A DNA stretch of 64,000 nt from Candidatus Bathyarchaeota archaeon. Lineage in GTDB: Archaea > Thermoproteota > Bathyarchaeia > Bathyarchaeales > Bathycorpusculaceae. Below are positions 1-9,181 of this stretch, piece by piece. The notes beneath the pieces were generated by a model. It saw only the letters and a program-made list of their open reading frames with translations, made no database searches and was not told where the DNA came from. Every line of letters begins with the position of its first letter. Positions within the stretch are counted from its first letter, which is position 1. The DNA lies in NCBI GenBank assembly GCA_963832745.1, contig CAWHVC010000003.1:64001-128000 (forward strand), given 5' to 3'. A program made the translations under genes and the position numbers.

Positions 1-902
1 GAAGGCTTTCCTCTACGAGACACTAGTAAAGCGGCAACTACCGCTATGATAACGCCTGTAATAATAAGTATGTAAAGTATGTTCTGGTTTGAAGACTGGT
101 CAGAGGTATCGTTTGGTTGCGATGTAGTTGAAGAGGCTCCGGTTGCTTGAGAAGTTGCAACTGGCGCGTTTCCCTCAATTAACGGTGATGCTGCTTGGAC
201 AAACAGTGCGTAACTGGTGATTTTTCTGTTTCCCGATTCACCGGTTTGATTGGTATCATATGCGCCGACTTTAAATGAGGCAGTGCCAGAGGGACTCACG
301 CTCTGGGGAGTTAAATAATCAGTGTGTCCAACTGCCACTACATCACCTGATGAATTGTAAAAAGTAGCGGCAACAGCAAGCTTGGAAGCTGTTTGGGACC
401 CAGTGTTTTTAACAGAACCGCTAATCCAGTAGGTACCTTTGTCATCCCCGCTTGTGCTGGCACCTGCAGAACTAACTGATATTGCAAAGTCAGAGTATAA
501 ATGGCTGGTATCATCGTTGGCTATGCTTACTGAAACATCAATTTTTGATACTCCAGCAGTGTACCAGTCAGAATAGTCAGTTGGAGTCATCAGGTCGTCG
601 ATTAGGAAGGGCGCTTTCTGTTGCGGAGCCATATAAGAAACCCATGCTCGTTTAGTGCTGTTTACTTGACTGTTTCCATCTGAAGTGTGAACAGTTACGG
701 AAAGAACAACTTCGCTTATGGTGCTTGTTCCAGTGTTTTGAATTTCGCCAACAACATCCAAAATTCCAAGGTTGTCAATGTAGTAACTATAACTTAAGAC
801 TTTGATGTCTTGTGTTTTGCTTGACACGTTTTGTGGGATTAAAGTTAAACATAAAGTGGAAAGTAGCAATATAATGGCTATACCGGTTAGTACTTTTTTC
901 AA
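1..902 (-). CDS. Secreted, membrane-anchored protein with two FxLYD-like domains (3' end runs off the window)
   Basis: Not in ORF track. Manual translation from TTG at 902 gives MKKVLTGIAIILLLSTLCL (signal peptide), ...DVVGEIQNTG..., ...WISGSVKNTG...ATFYNSSGDVV, then a Ser/Thr linker and a hydrophobic segment near the edge. Confidence 0.75.
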   Translation of the reverse strand, partial: MKKVLTGIAIILLLSTLCLTLIPQNVSSKTQDIKVLSYSYYIDNLGILDVVGEIQNTGTSTISEVVLSVTVHTSDGNSQVNSTKRAWVSYMAPQQKAPFLIDDLMTPTDYSDWYTAGVSKIDVSVSIANDDTSHLYSDFAISVSSAGASTSGDDKGTYWISGSVKNTGSQTASKLAVAATFYNSSGDVVAVGHTDYLTPQSVSPSGTASFKVGAYDTNQTGESGNRKITSYALFVQAASPLIEGNAPVATSQATGASSTTSQPNDTSDQSSNQNILYILIITGVIIAVVAALLVSRRGKP

Positions 903-1077
903 TTACAGTTCCTCTTAGCCCTAAACGTTTCAGGCAAGGTACTATAAAATACTTTTTCAAAATTACCACCAATTGTTTGACACTATAATTAGGGCTGAAT
1001 TAATGTGAGTAAAAAATTCTATGTACAACCACTTTTGAAGCATAAAAACGTTTAACACCAAGTTGTGACGGGAAAAA

Positions 1078-2418
1078 ATGCGGCTAAACAGATTACAACT
1101 CCCAAACTCATCAAAGGAACAGGAGGATGCTTACCGCAAGTTTTACCTAAAAGCAAACATAAACCAGACAAAATGGGGCATACTGCTTTTTATCATACCA
1201 ATATTTAGCTTCATCATCAACGATTACACCTTTTTTGGGTTATCCTTCGAGTTGGCTGGTCTTGCAGCGATAAGAATCTTCTTGGTGTTAGCTTCACTTT
1301 TAGAATACATCCAAATAAGAAAAACAACAAGCCCCCGTTCATATGACCGTACAGTCTTCATTGTTTCTGCAGTATGGCTAATCGGTGGAGGAGCCATCAA
1401 CTTTTTCAGGCCAGAAAACTTTGTGGCGCAAGCAATCCTCACAAGCATATCCATTTTCGTTATTTACTTAGTAATTCCGTTTCGTTTTGAGTATCAACAC
1501 CTAATAGGAACTGCAGCAACAATCGGTGAAGCTGCAATTATTCTGCTAATCGCGAGTCCCACAAACCCTGCTACTTTTACAATAATTTTCAGTCTAATCT
1601 TCTCAAACGTGATTGCCGCTTTTAGTTCATGGAAACTTCAATCGTATCAGCGAAAAGCATTTAGTGAGTACCAGCAAAGAATGAAAATTCAAGAAGATTT
1701 AGAAAAAAATAATTTACATTTAGAAGAGTTAGTGGCTGAAAAAACTTCAGAACTTAAAAAGACCGAGCGATTTGCAGCTATTGGTTCAACAGCCAGCATG
1801 GTTGGGCATGATTTAAGAAACCCCTTAACGGCAATTTCAAGCGCCACTTATTATCTAAATAAGAATTATGGTGAGCAGCTTGATTCTAAAGGCAGGGATA
1901 TGCTGGAGTTAATCCAAAACAATGTACAGTTTTCTGACAAGATAATCAATGACTTGCTTGACTACTCACGAGAAATCAATTTAGAGGCAACAAAGACAGA
2001 CCCGCAAAGTATAGTAGAAGAAGCATTAGCACTTCTCAACGTCCCGTCCAACATACAGATTGTTTATAATACAGCAGAAAATCAAGAAGTACCCTTAGAT
2101 TTCGATAAAATGAAACGGGTCTTTGTTAACTTAATCAAAAACGCAGTTGACGCAATGCCCAACGGTGGCAAACTAACAATTAACACTGAACTCTTCATGG
2201 GTGGGACCAGAATCATTTTTTCGGATAACGGGGCAGGCATTTCAGAAGAGAACCAGAAGAACCTTTTCCAACCACTTTTCACCACCAAAGCCAAAGGCAT
2301 GGGTTTTGGCTTAGCCATATGCCAAAGAATCGTTGAAGCACATAACGGCAAAATCGCTATACAAAGTACACTTAACAAGGGAACCACCATAACCGTTGAG
2401 TTACCAACTAAGCAATAG
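1078..2418 (+). CDS. Membrane-bound sensor histidine kinase (HisKA + HATPase_c)
   Basis: N-terminal TM helices; H-box GHDLRNPL; N-box NLIKNAVDAM; G-boxes DNGAGI and GMGFGLAIC. Confidence 0.93.
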   Translation: MRLNRLQLPNSSKEQEDAYRKFYLKANINQTKWGILLFIIPIFSFIINDYTFFGLSFELAGLAAIRIFLVLASLLEYIQIRKTTSPRSYDRTVFIVSAVWLIGGGAINFFRPENFVAQAILTSISIFVIYLVIPFRFEYQHLIGTAATIGEAAIILLIASPTNPATFTIIFSLIFSNVIAAFSSWKLQSYQRKAFSEYQQRMKIQEDLEKNNLHLEELVAEKTSELKKTERFAAIGSTASMVGHDLRNPLTAISSATYYLNKNYGEQLDSKGRDMLELIQNNVQFSDKIINDLLDYSREINLEATKTDPQSIVEEALALLNVPSNIQIVYNTAENQEVPLDFDKMKRVFVNLIKNAVDAMPNGGKLTINTELFMGGTRIIFSDNGAGISEENQKNLFQPLFTTKAKGMGFGLAICQRIVEAHNGKIAIQSTLNKGTTITVELPTKQ

Positions 2419-2483
2419 CGCGTAGGTTAAGGATACATCTGCAGTTTTATAGGCTAAACTGGCTGTTTCTTGTTTAAGGTGAA

Positions 2484-2825
2484 ATGTTTGGAATCACTAA
2501 TTATGGCTTGCCTATTTTGTCTGGAAAAACAGAGGCAGTACGAATGATGTTTAGAATAATTAAGGAACAATAATGGGCAGATTATGAGCGTGTTCATAAT
2601 AAACAGGGCATTGAGAAGGAACGCGATTTCGTTCAAGCGACACCTACTGGCGACTTGTTACTTATTTAAATAGAATCTAAAGATGCCCAAAAAACCTTTG
2701 ACACATTCACTGTTTCAAAAGACCCTTTTGACCTATGGTATATTGAAGAGATGAAAAAGAATACAGGCTTGGACTTTAGCCAACCCGGTGGACCACTGCC
2801 ATAAATGCTGATTTCATACAAATAA
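2484..2825 (+). pseudogene. Pseudogene of a small ~113-codon protein with three in-frame TAA stops
   Basis: RBS-like AAGGTGA before ATG 2484; one continuous frame MFGITNYGLPILSGKTE...KEQ*WADYE...GDLLLI*IESKD...DPFDLWY...GGPLP*MLISYK*; stops at 2571, 2667, 2802. Confidence 0.6.
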
Positions 2826-2852
2826 TAAAATCTTTTTTTGAATAATTGGTTC

Positions 2853-3092
2853 TTAGGGGATTATTTTGCCGACTGCTGCGTTCTCATCAAGCTGTGTTAT
2901 CTTGATTTTCACGCAGTCTCTGGGTTTAGCTTTAGGCACGATTATCGTGTAACCTCGTATACTTAATCTTCCATCCCCACTTGGAGCTAAATCAATTATG
3001 GTTACATCTAATTCTTGCCCTAACTCTACTGGACAAGGCTTTTCCTCAAACTTGATTTTAAATTTTCCACCGCGGACTCTTCTGTGAACCAT
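2853..3092 (-). CDS. Single TRAM-domain RNA-binding protein
   Basis: PVELGQELDVTIIDLAPSGDGRLSIRGYTIIVPKAKPRDCVKIKI matches the archaeal TRAM pattern; start placed at MVHRR. Confidence 0.8.
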   Translation of the reverse strand: MVHRRVRGGKFKIKFEEKPCPVELGQELDVTIIDLAPSGDGRLSIRGYTIIVPKAKPRDCVKIKITQLDENAAVGKIIP

Positions 3093-3093
3093 A

Positions 3094-3567
3094 CTATGGT
3101 CTTGCCTCATTTTGTGTTATATCTACTTTGAACTCTAATTTGCCACATTTAGGGCACACATAAACGGTTACAGGCAACGTTTTTTGGTCAACCAAAGAAA
3201 GTTTTGGTCCACATAAACCGTCTACGTTTAACTTGGTTTTTGCCCAAGCCATCTCCATGTTGCAAGAAAAACAAAAAGGCACAAGAACGTTTTCAGCCTG
3301 TGGCGCCTCAACTTCTTGGCTCACGTAATTGGTTGTGCTTTCTGTTTCAGACTTTGGCTCCATATACGTCCCGTTTTGCCCCAAAAACTTGCAGCTTATG
3401 GAACATTGTGACCTGAAAGTGCAAAGGTAACAGCACAGGTTTTTTTCATCGTTTTGACATTTGAGTTGTCTATTAGACTGTGCTTTCTGGTTGTCGACAA
3501 ACGCCATGCATGTTTTGTCAACGTTTATGTACTCACAACTGTTAGCCAAATCCGACAAGATACACAC
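3094..3567 (-). CDS. Cys-rich hypothetical protein with C-terminal zinc ribbon
   Basis: CCYLC..C...C cluster and CFSC...CPKCGK. Confidence 0.65.
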   Translation of the reverse strand: MCILSDLANSCEYINVDKTCMAFVDNQKAQSNRQLKCQNDEKNLCCYLCTFRSQCSISCKFLGQNGTYMEPKSETESTTNYVSQEVEAPQAENVLVPFCFSCNMEMAWAKTKLNVDGLCGPKLSLVDQKTLPVTVYVCPKCGKLEFKVDITQNEARP

Positions 3568-3777
3568 TTCCTGATGTTCTGAGTCAATTGGGGTTTTTGC
3601 CTAAGTGTGTTTTGGTTAACAACAAGTAAACTGTGCATTCTTTAAGTAGTGCCACGGGGAGAAGTCGGGAATCCTCCATCAAGAAGGATGTCTCCTGTTG
3701 CTTTTTTGCGGTTTAGACAGCAAGCAGTTAACAAATTTCTTAAGTTAGAATTCGCTCCTTTCATCTGAGGCATAATT

Positions 3778-4206
3778 ATGCGACAAAAACTGACTTTAAT
3801 TACGTTAGGCGCAGCAGATCTATAGAGATCACTTGACTTCTATGAAAAAGGGCTTGGCTGGAAAAAATCTTCAGGAAGCACCGATAATTTGGCCTTGTTT
3901 GATTTATGCGGTGTCGGGTTAGCGCTGTATTCACGTAAACTACTTGCTGAAGACGCTACTGTGCCTGAGGCTGGCACCGGCTTTTCAGGAATAACCCTTG
4001 CATACAATGCAAAAAGCGAGGCTGAAGTCGACCAAGTGCTATCTGAAGTTAGCAAATTGGGCGCAACAATTGTTAAGCAAGCGCAGAAGGTTTTTTGGGG
4101 CGGATACAGCGGCTACTTCAAAGACCCTGATGGGCACCTGATTGAGGTAGCGTTCAATCCATTCTGGGAACTGGATGAAAAAGGAAACATCAAAATCCCG
4201 CCCTAA
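3778..4206 (+). pseudogene. VOC/glyoxalase family protein interrupted by an in-frame TAG at codon 16
   Basis: MRQKLTLITLGAADL*RSLDFYEKGLGW continues in frame into the tracked ORF ending FWGGYSGYFKDPDGHLIEVAFNPFW; TAG at 3823-3825. Confidence 0.8.
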
Positions 4207-4301
4207 AGCGGTTACACTGCAGAAAGAAAATACTTGGCCAAAGTCACAAGTTAACAACAAATAGCAGAATAAAACATTTTATAAACAAAAAAGTTGAAAG
4301 C

Positions 4302-4667
4302 TTAGAGCAGTTCAAAGACTTTCTCGGGAATAGCGTATCTTTTGTTGCAGTATGTGCAGATGGCTTCATTTTTCTTTGATGTTACGGGTTGAACTTTTTT
4401 GCAGTGAGGGCATTCCATGTTGATGGAGCTAATCTTGCCCACTGGTGATTTGGGTGTGACATAGTTTGGGTTGGCTTTCTTTCTGCATTCCTCAGCTTTA
4501 TCTAACATTTCAAGTTCTTCATACAATAAAGCTGCATCTTCAAAACGTTCAGACTTCAAATATATCTCAATTAATTGTTCTTCAGTAACTATTTCTTTAC
4601 CGCCGCAGCTAGGGCACATTTCAGGATTCCGTTGAATGAAGTCATAACCACACTTGGCACATTTCAT
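4302..4667 (-). CDS. Double zinc-ribbon hypothetical protein
   Basis: CAKC..CPSC at N-terminus and CPHC..CTYC at C-terminus, with a helical middle. Confidence 0.7.
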   Translation of the reverse strand: MKCAKCGYDFIQRNPEMCPSCGGKEIVTEEQLIEIYLKSERFEDAALLYEELEMLDKAEECRKKANPNYVTPKSPVGKISSINMECPHCKKVQPVTSKKNEAICTYCNKRYAIPEKVFELL

Positions 4668-4796
4668 GATTATTTCTTAAAAATTAAACGATTTATAGTT
4701 TATGAAGCCTATTTCCCGTTTCTATCTTTCAAAATTGTTTTTGCCTAAACCAGTTTGCGCGATTATTTTTATTCAACAACCCGCATTAGAGCATGT

Positions 4797-4877
4797 TGCC
4801 TGTGAAGAAAACACACGTCAGTCGGAGAAAGGATTTGGTAATCCCAACAATGATGTCAGTTAACGAATTCTGAGGCA
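4797..4877 (+). ncRNA. Candidate box C/D guide sRNA
   Basis: Terminal stem TGCC/GGCA; box C-like GTGAAGA (4802), D'-like CGGA (4823), internal hairpin GGATT-TGGT-AATCC, C'-like ATGATGT (4850), box D CTGA (4870). Confidence 0.5.
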
Positions 4878-5095
4878 CACAAAACAATAAACAAACCGTA
4901 TGTTTACAGGGTTGACGAGCGGAAGAAATTTGAACATACGTGCGAGCATAGATGTCACCGCATATTCTCTTACTTTAATTAGGCAACTGCATTTTACCTG
5001 ATATTAAACTCACTCGTTTAAAAAAATGTGTTTCTAAAAAAATTGAAAATTTCAAGTCCCAAAAAAGGATGAAATAATCAGAACTTAATGGTTAT

Positions 5096-5359
5096 CTATA
5101 TTCCCAGAAGCTTCTTTTTTGAATCAGCGAATTCTTGATCTGTAAGTACACCTGAATTGTGCAGTTCAGCTAGTTTTTTTAACTCCACAGAAACATCTTT
5201 AGCTGGCGCTGTTGCCGCTGTTGGAGCAGCCTGCTGTTGAGCTTGTTGCGCTTGCGCTGCCTGCTGTTGTTGTGCTTGTTGTTGCTTTTGTTTCTCCTCT
5301 TGTTTCTTTTGCCCCATTTTTGCTCCTGCTGCTAATGCTACAATTCTTCCTCTTGGCGT
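5096..5359 (-). CDS. SHOCT-domain protein with Gln/Ala-rich linker
   Basis: C-terminal ELKKLAELHNSGVLTDQEFADSKKKLL is SHOCT-like; the frame extends upstream of the tracked ATG (5317) to an ACG at 5359 behind GGAGG. Confidence 0.75.
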   Translation of the reverse strand, partial: TPRGRIVALAAGAKMGQKKQEEKQKQQQAQQQQAAQAQQAQQQAAPTAATAPAKDVSVELKKLAELHNSGVLTDQEFADSKKKLLGI

Positions 5360-5672
5360 TCAGAATCCCTCCTTTGCATTTGATAGTGATCGTTTCCAGA
5401 ACCCTCGCGGAAATAAATCGCTTTAAGGATTCTAAATATTGTCATGATTCAAATTGGCGCTATCGAAAAAATCACTACAACGAGATAAAACCAACACCAG
5501 TTTATACCACTATGTGGATACCCCGTTACACCTGCAAAGAGTTACAAATGACCTATATTTTCAGAAGTATAATTTGATTAGTAATTCTTGAGTTCTTCTT
5601 AAGCTATCTTCACGTTCAAAAAAAGTAAAAGATAATAAACGACTTGGGTTCTCTTGTTAGAAGATGATTTGA

Positions 5673-5882
5673 ATGCAATTAAAGAATAAATCTATACTAG
5701 CAAGCGGATTGATTTTGCTCTCTGCAGGTCTTCTAATCGGCAGATTCACCAGATTTGTGTTCGCTGGTGTTCAAATTTCTGAATTCTTAGAAGGCTTCTT
5801 TGTGGGAATATCAATCGTAGTGAACCTTGCGTATATGATTAGATTTAGAACAGCCAAAATCGGCACTTCTGCAAAAATCTAA
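5673..5882 (+). CDS. Small two-TM membrane protein
   Basis: Two hydrophobic helices in 69 aa. Confidence 0.6.
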   Translation: MQLKNKSILASGLILLSAGLLIGRFTRFVFAGVQISEFLEGFFVGISIVVNLAYMIRFRTAKIGTSAKI

Positions 5883-6053
5883 AGGTGTATGACGATAGGC
5901 GGAATTTAAACATTCAACCTCCCACCGCACAGTCAGGTTTTAGCATAATTGTAAAGTCCATAAACTGATTTCTTTGGTCTTTTCTTTCGCTCCTTGCACC
6001 ATGGGTTGGCACTTTCATGCAAAACCTTCCAAACTATTGAGGCTTTAAAAGAG

Positions 6054-6099
6054 GTGGCGGGTGGGGAGGGATTTGAACCCTCGACCCCCAACTTAGGAG
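6054..6099 (+). repeat. att site (left copy), displaced 3' half of tRNA-Arg
   Basis: GTGGCGGGTGGGGAGGGATTTGAACCCTCGACCCCCAACTTAGGAG, identical to 14184-14229. Confidence 0.97.
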
Positions 6100-6998
6100 T
6101 CCGTACCTTTGGGAATAAATATTCAAGATTCAGAAGTCCTTTAGGAGTCTTACAATCACCAATAGTCATGGAATTAAACTTTGAAGAGTACAAAGTTTTC
6201 TTAGCTAACAAATACACAAACAAACAGTATGCAAAAGCACAATTCAGCAATGCATCAAAATACTCAGAATGTTTAGAAAACCCCGCAAAGATGTTGTCTT
6301 TTCCAGAGTCAAAAAGAAAGAACATCCTCAAAGCTATGGTCTGTTTATCCAAGTATTTGGGTGTCTATGAAGAGTACAAAGCTAAACTGAAAAGCTACGA
6401 TATTAAATGGGGCAATGAAGACACAGCCTTTAACGGATTCTTAGCAATATTCAACCATAAGCACGACACATTACCGGATTATTATAAAGAAATACAGCCA
6501 ATACTCCACGAGAACGAGAGGTTATTTCTAAGATTCCTTGCCGTGACCGGATTAAGGAAGAATGAAGCAATAACCGCATTCAACATGATAATAGAATTGA
6601 ACAGTAAGGGAGAGCTTAGCGAGTATTACAATTCAGAGCTTCAAGTTTTAGAACATTTCAAGTATGGTAAATTATTTTTGAGAGGCACTAAGAACGCTTA
6701 CATCAGCTTTGTTTCAAAAGAACTAATCAATCAAATATGCGATTCTGAGCCAGTTACCTATAATGCTATACACTGTAGGTTTATGAGAAAAAAGCTTAAG
6801 CTGAGACTCAAGGAACTAAGAAGTTACAATAACACTTACTTAAGGAAAAATGGCGTTATCTCTGAACTTGTAGATGTGTTAGCGGGCAGAGTTCCTAAAA
6901 CTGTATTCTGTAGACACTACTTAGGGGAATCAATGAAACCGTTTAGTGCTCAAGTTTTAGGTATAGAAGCTAACTTGGAGAACTCTTTGATTCAATAA
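6054..6998 (+). CDS. int: Tyrosine integrase, C-terminal catalytic fragment int(C)
   Basis: FLAVTGLRKNEA (catalytic R), LKELR (K-x-x-R), LAGR, RHY (catalytic Y); begins inside the att repeat (VAGGEGFEPSTPNLG). Confidence 0.9.
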   Translation: MAGGEGFEPSTPNLGVRTFGNKYSRFRSPLGVLQSPIVMELNFEEYKVFLANKYTNKQYAKAQFSNASKYSECLENPAKMLSFPESKRKNILKAMVCLSKYLGVYEEYKAKLKSYDIKWGNEDTAFNGFLAIFNHKHDTLPDYYKEIQPILHENERLFLRFLAVTGLRKNEAITAFNMIIELNSKGELSEYYNSELQVLEHFKYGKLFLRGTKNAYISFVSKELINQICDSEPVTYNAIHCRFMRKKLKLRLKELRSYNNTYLRKNGVISELVDVLAGRVPKTVFCRHYLGESMKPFSAQVLGIEANLENSLIQ

Positions 6999-7851
6999 GG
7001 AGTTAAAAAAGGGTGAGGCATGGAAATATCGCTACTGCTATTAGATGATGCTATTAAGACAGCTTAGAGAAAAAGAGAAAACTCAATGCTCTAAAAGCTG
7101 ATGGGAAACAGAAAGCAGTATGGGACTTACTTACTATAGAACATAAAACTACAGCCCTCCAACTCTTCTGTTTTCTCAAAATACACCCACAAAAAAAAAT
7201 AAGTTGAGTATTCGTAGCGAAATTCGTATTTTAAACACTTATTTTAACAAAAGAAGCCAGATTTAATCCCTGTTTCAGAGGTTTTATTTCAACATCAAAA
7301 GACCATGTACTTGCCCTACCATTCTGCTTTTTCCACAGATACACCAACAAAAAAATCTGCTGAGCAGATATTGATTTTAAATTCCCCATTTTAAATTTAA
7401 GTCACAGAATAACCCCTATTTAGAACAAAAAGTGCAGGTCTTATCATTTACACAAGCGGTCATAAACAGTGGCGTTACGACCCTAAAGCGGAATGGGACC
7501 TATTTTAGGGTTGAAATATAATCCAGTCACTGGATATCCCATAAAAATGAAGTAATTGTTAAAAGAAGGTCAAAACAAGTAGCATTTAGAAATTATTTTT
7601 CGAGTAGTGAACTGTTTAGGGTAGAGATATAATTGCCTAAAGCAATACCCCTAAAAAATAAAGCAATTTAAGAAATAAGGGCAAAACAAAGCGATTTATG
7701 AGCAGTTTATTTCATGTTTTTATTTGAACCATAATCCTTTAAATTTAGTTTTCTCAAAAGGTATATTGTGCATCCATTAGCTTGATTTTTATGAGGTAAG
7801 AAGCTTACCCTTCTAACCCTCTTTCAAGCTACATTCGGTAAGGAATGAAAA

Positions 7852-8418
7852 ATGAAGAAATTTACTCCAAGATATGAAAGCGGTATTCCATTAGAGAAAG
7901 CGGTAGTCAACTTCTTGGGTAAAATGGGCATATCCAATTCTCATAACGACTTTTCACCTTCAAGATATGTGAATGATAACCACAATGTTGTCGATGTAGT
8001 TCTCAAAGAAAGGGGAGAAGACAAAGCACTTATCGAGTGTACTAATCCAAAAGAAACCACTTTTATGAATAACAGGATAATGAAGTCCAAGATTGAATAT
8101 TTTCACCGAGCAGACCCTGAGCATAAGAATCTCTGGGTTTTGCTTATTAGCTTCTTAACTTTCAGCAAAGAAATAATGGAGTTAATAATCAAAGAAGGAA
8201 TCCAGTTAGTAGTTCTTAACAAGAGAGTTACAAGCGAGAATATTCACAAAGTTATCAGGGGATTATTCACCAGCCCACTATTCACTCTGTTACGACCCTT
8301 TAGTAGAAAGTACCGAGAGAACCCAAGAAAGGCAGAACCAACCAAAACCAGAAAGACAACTTTAACCGATAAGGTTCCAGCTAAGAACAAATCATCTAAA
8401 CGTGTAAGAGAAGAGTAA
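7852..8418 (+). CDS. PD-(D/E)xK-like nuclease (element-encoded)
   Basis: LEKAVVNFL...VDVVL...LIECTN pattern resembles restriction/resolvase-type nucleases; basic C-terminal tail. Confidence 0.5.
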   Translation: MKKFTPRYESGIPLEKAVVNFLGKMGISNSHNDFSPSRYVNDNHNVVDVVLKERGEDKALIECTNPKETTFMNNRIMKSKIEYFHRADPEHKNLWVLLISFLTFSKEIMELIIKEGIQLVVLNKRVTSENIHKVIRGLFTSPLFTLLRPFSRKYRENPRKAEPTKTRKTTLTDKVPAKNKSSKRVREE

Positions 8419-8557
8419 GAGTATAGACAGCTATTACTACTTATATCAACATCAAGGGCTAAGAAAAAATCTGCAAATACTCAGAGTTATTGAGTTTTTG
8501 ACTGGTTATAATAGGAAAGTAAAACCCGAAAAATAGCAAATTTAGGATGAAAAATTT

Positions 8558-8917
8558 ATGCCAACAACAAGAAGCATAGGAAACGGATTATTGACTACAG
8601 GTAGGCGAGTTTACAGAGGTAAGGATATGCAATTAGTCTCTTGGACTCAAAACCAATGTAAAGTATGTGGAAGATTTCTAAGCAAAAGACAAATGCTCTA
8701 TTGTGAAAAGCATGGACAGGGAAGTAAAGAATATTTTATTTTAAACAAAGTGAATTATCATAGGTACAATAAAGACTATCGAAGAACACACCATAAGCAA
8801 GAACTGGAAAGACAAAGCAGGTACAATAAACAGCATCCATACATCAAAAAGGTTAGATGGTTCATTCAGAATAAACCTCAAAGTCCGAAAGTAAGACCAC
8901 ATTCTCAACTCAGTTAA
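8558..8917 (+). CDS. Basic zinc-finger protein, paralog of 11627-11983
   Basis: GNGL..TG.R...LV.WT...CKVCGRFLSKRQMLYCEKH. Confidence 0.65.
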   Translation: MPTTRSIGNGLLTTGRRVYRGKDMQLVSWTQNQCKVCGRFLSKRQMLYCEKHGQGSKEYFILNKVNYHRYNKDYRRTHHKQELERQSRYNKQHPYIKKVRWFIQNKPQSPKVRPHSQLS

Positions 8918-9181
8918 TTCCCTTCTATTGAGGGTAAAATTGCACTATGCAATACCTTCAAGGATTAATTCTTTCAGTGAATTAGGTAACTTAGAGCCTG
9001 TTTATTGAGTGTAAAAATTTACTCAGTAAATACCCCTAAAAAATGGTTATTTCACTAAAATAAAGCGTTTTGTAACCTTATATGGAGTCAAGTTGTTCGA
9101 ACCATATCACTTAAATGCTTTAGCCATCAATCATGAGATATGAGTAATAATTACAATCAATTTAGGTGTTGACTGTAATAA

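Noticed and set aside
787-972. 61-aa ORF in the track
   Set aside because: Wrong frame; it overlaps the real FxLYD-like gene starting at 902.
5212-5320. CTG/TTG-rich simple repeat as a DNA element
   Set aside because: Explained by the Gln/Ala linker of the SHOCT protein on the minus strand.
5994-6053. Tracked N-terminus of the 334-aa integrase ORF
   Set aside because: It lies outside the att repeat and is host sequence fortuitously in frame.
6054-6099. Second tRNA gene
   Set aside because: Only the 3' half (anticodon loop to CCA) is present; it is the att duplicate.
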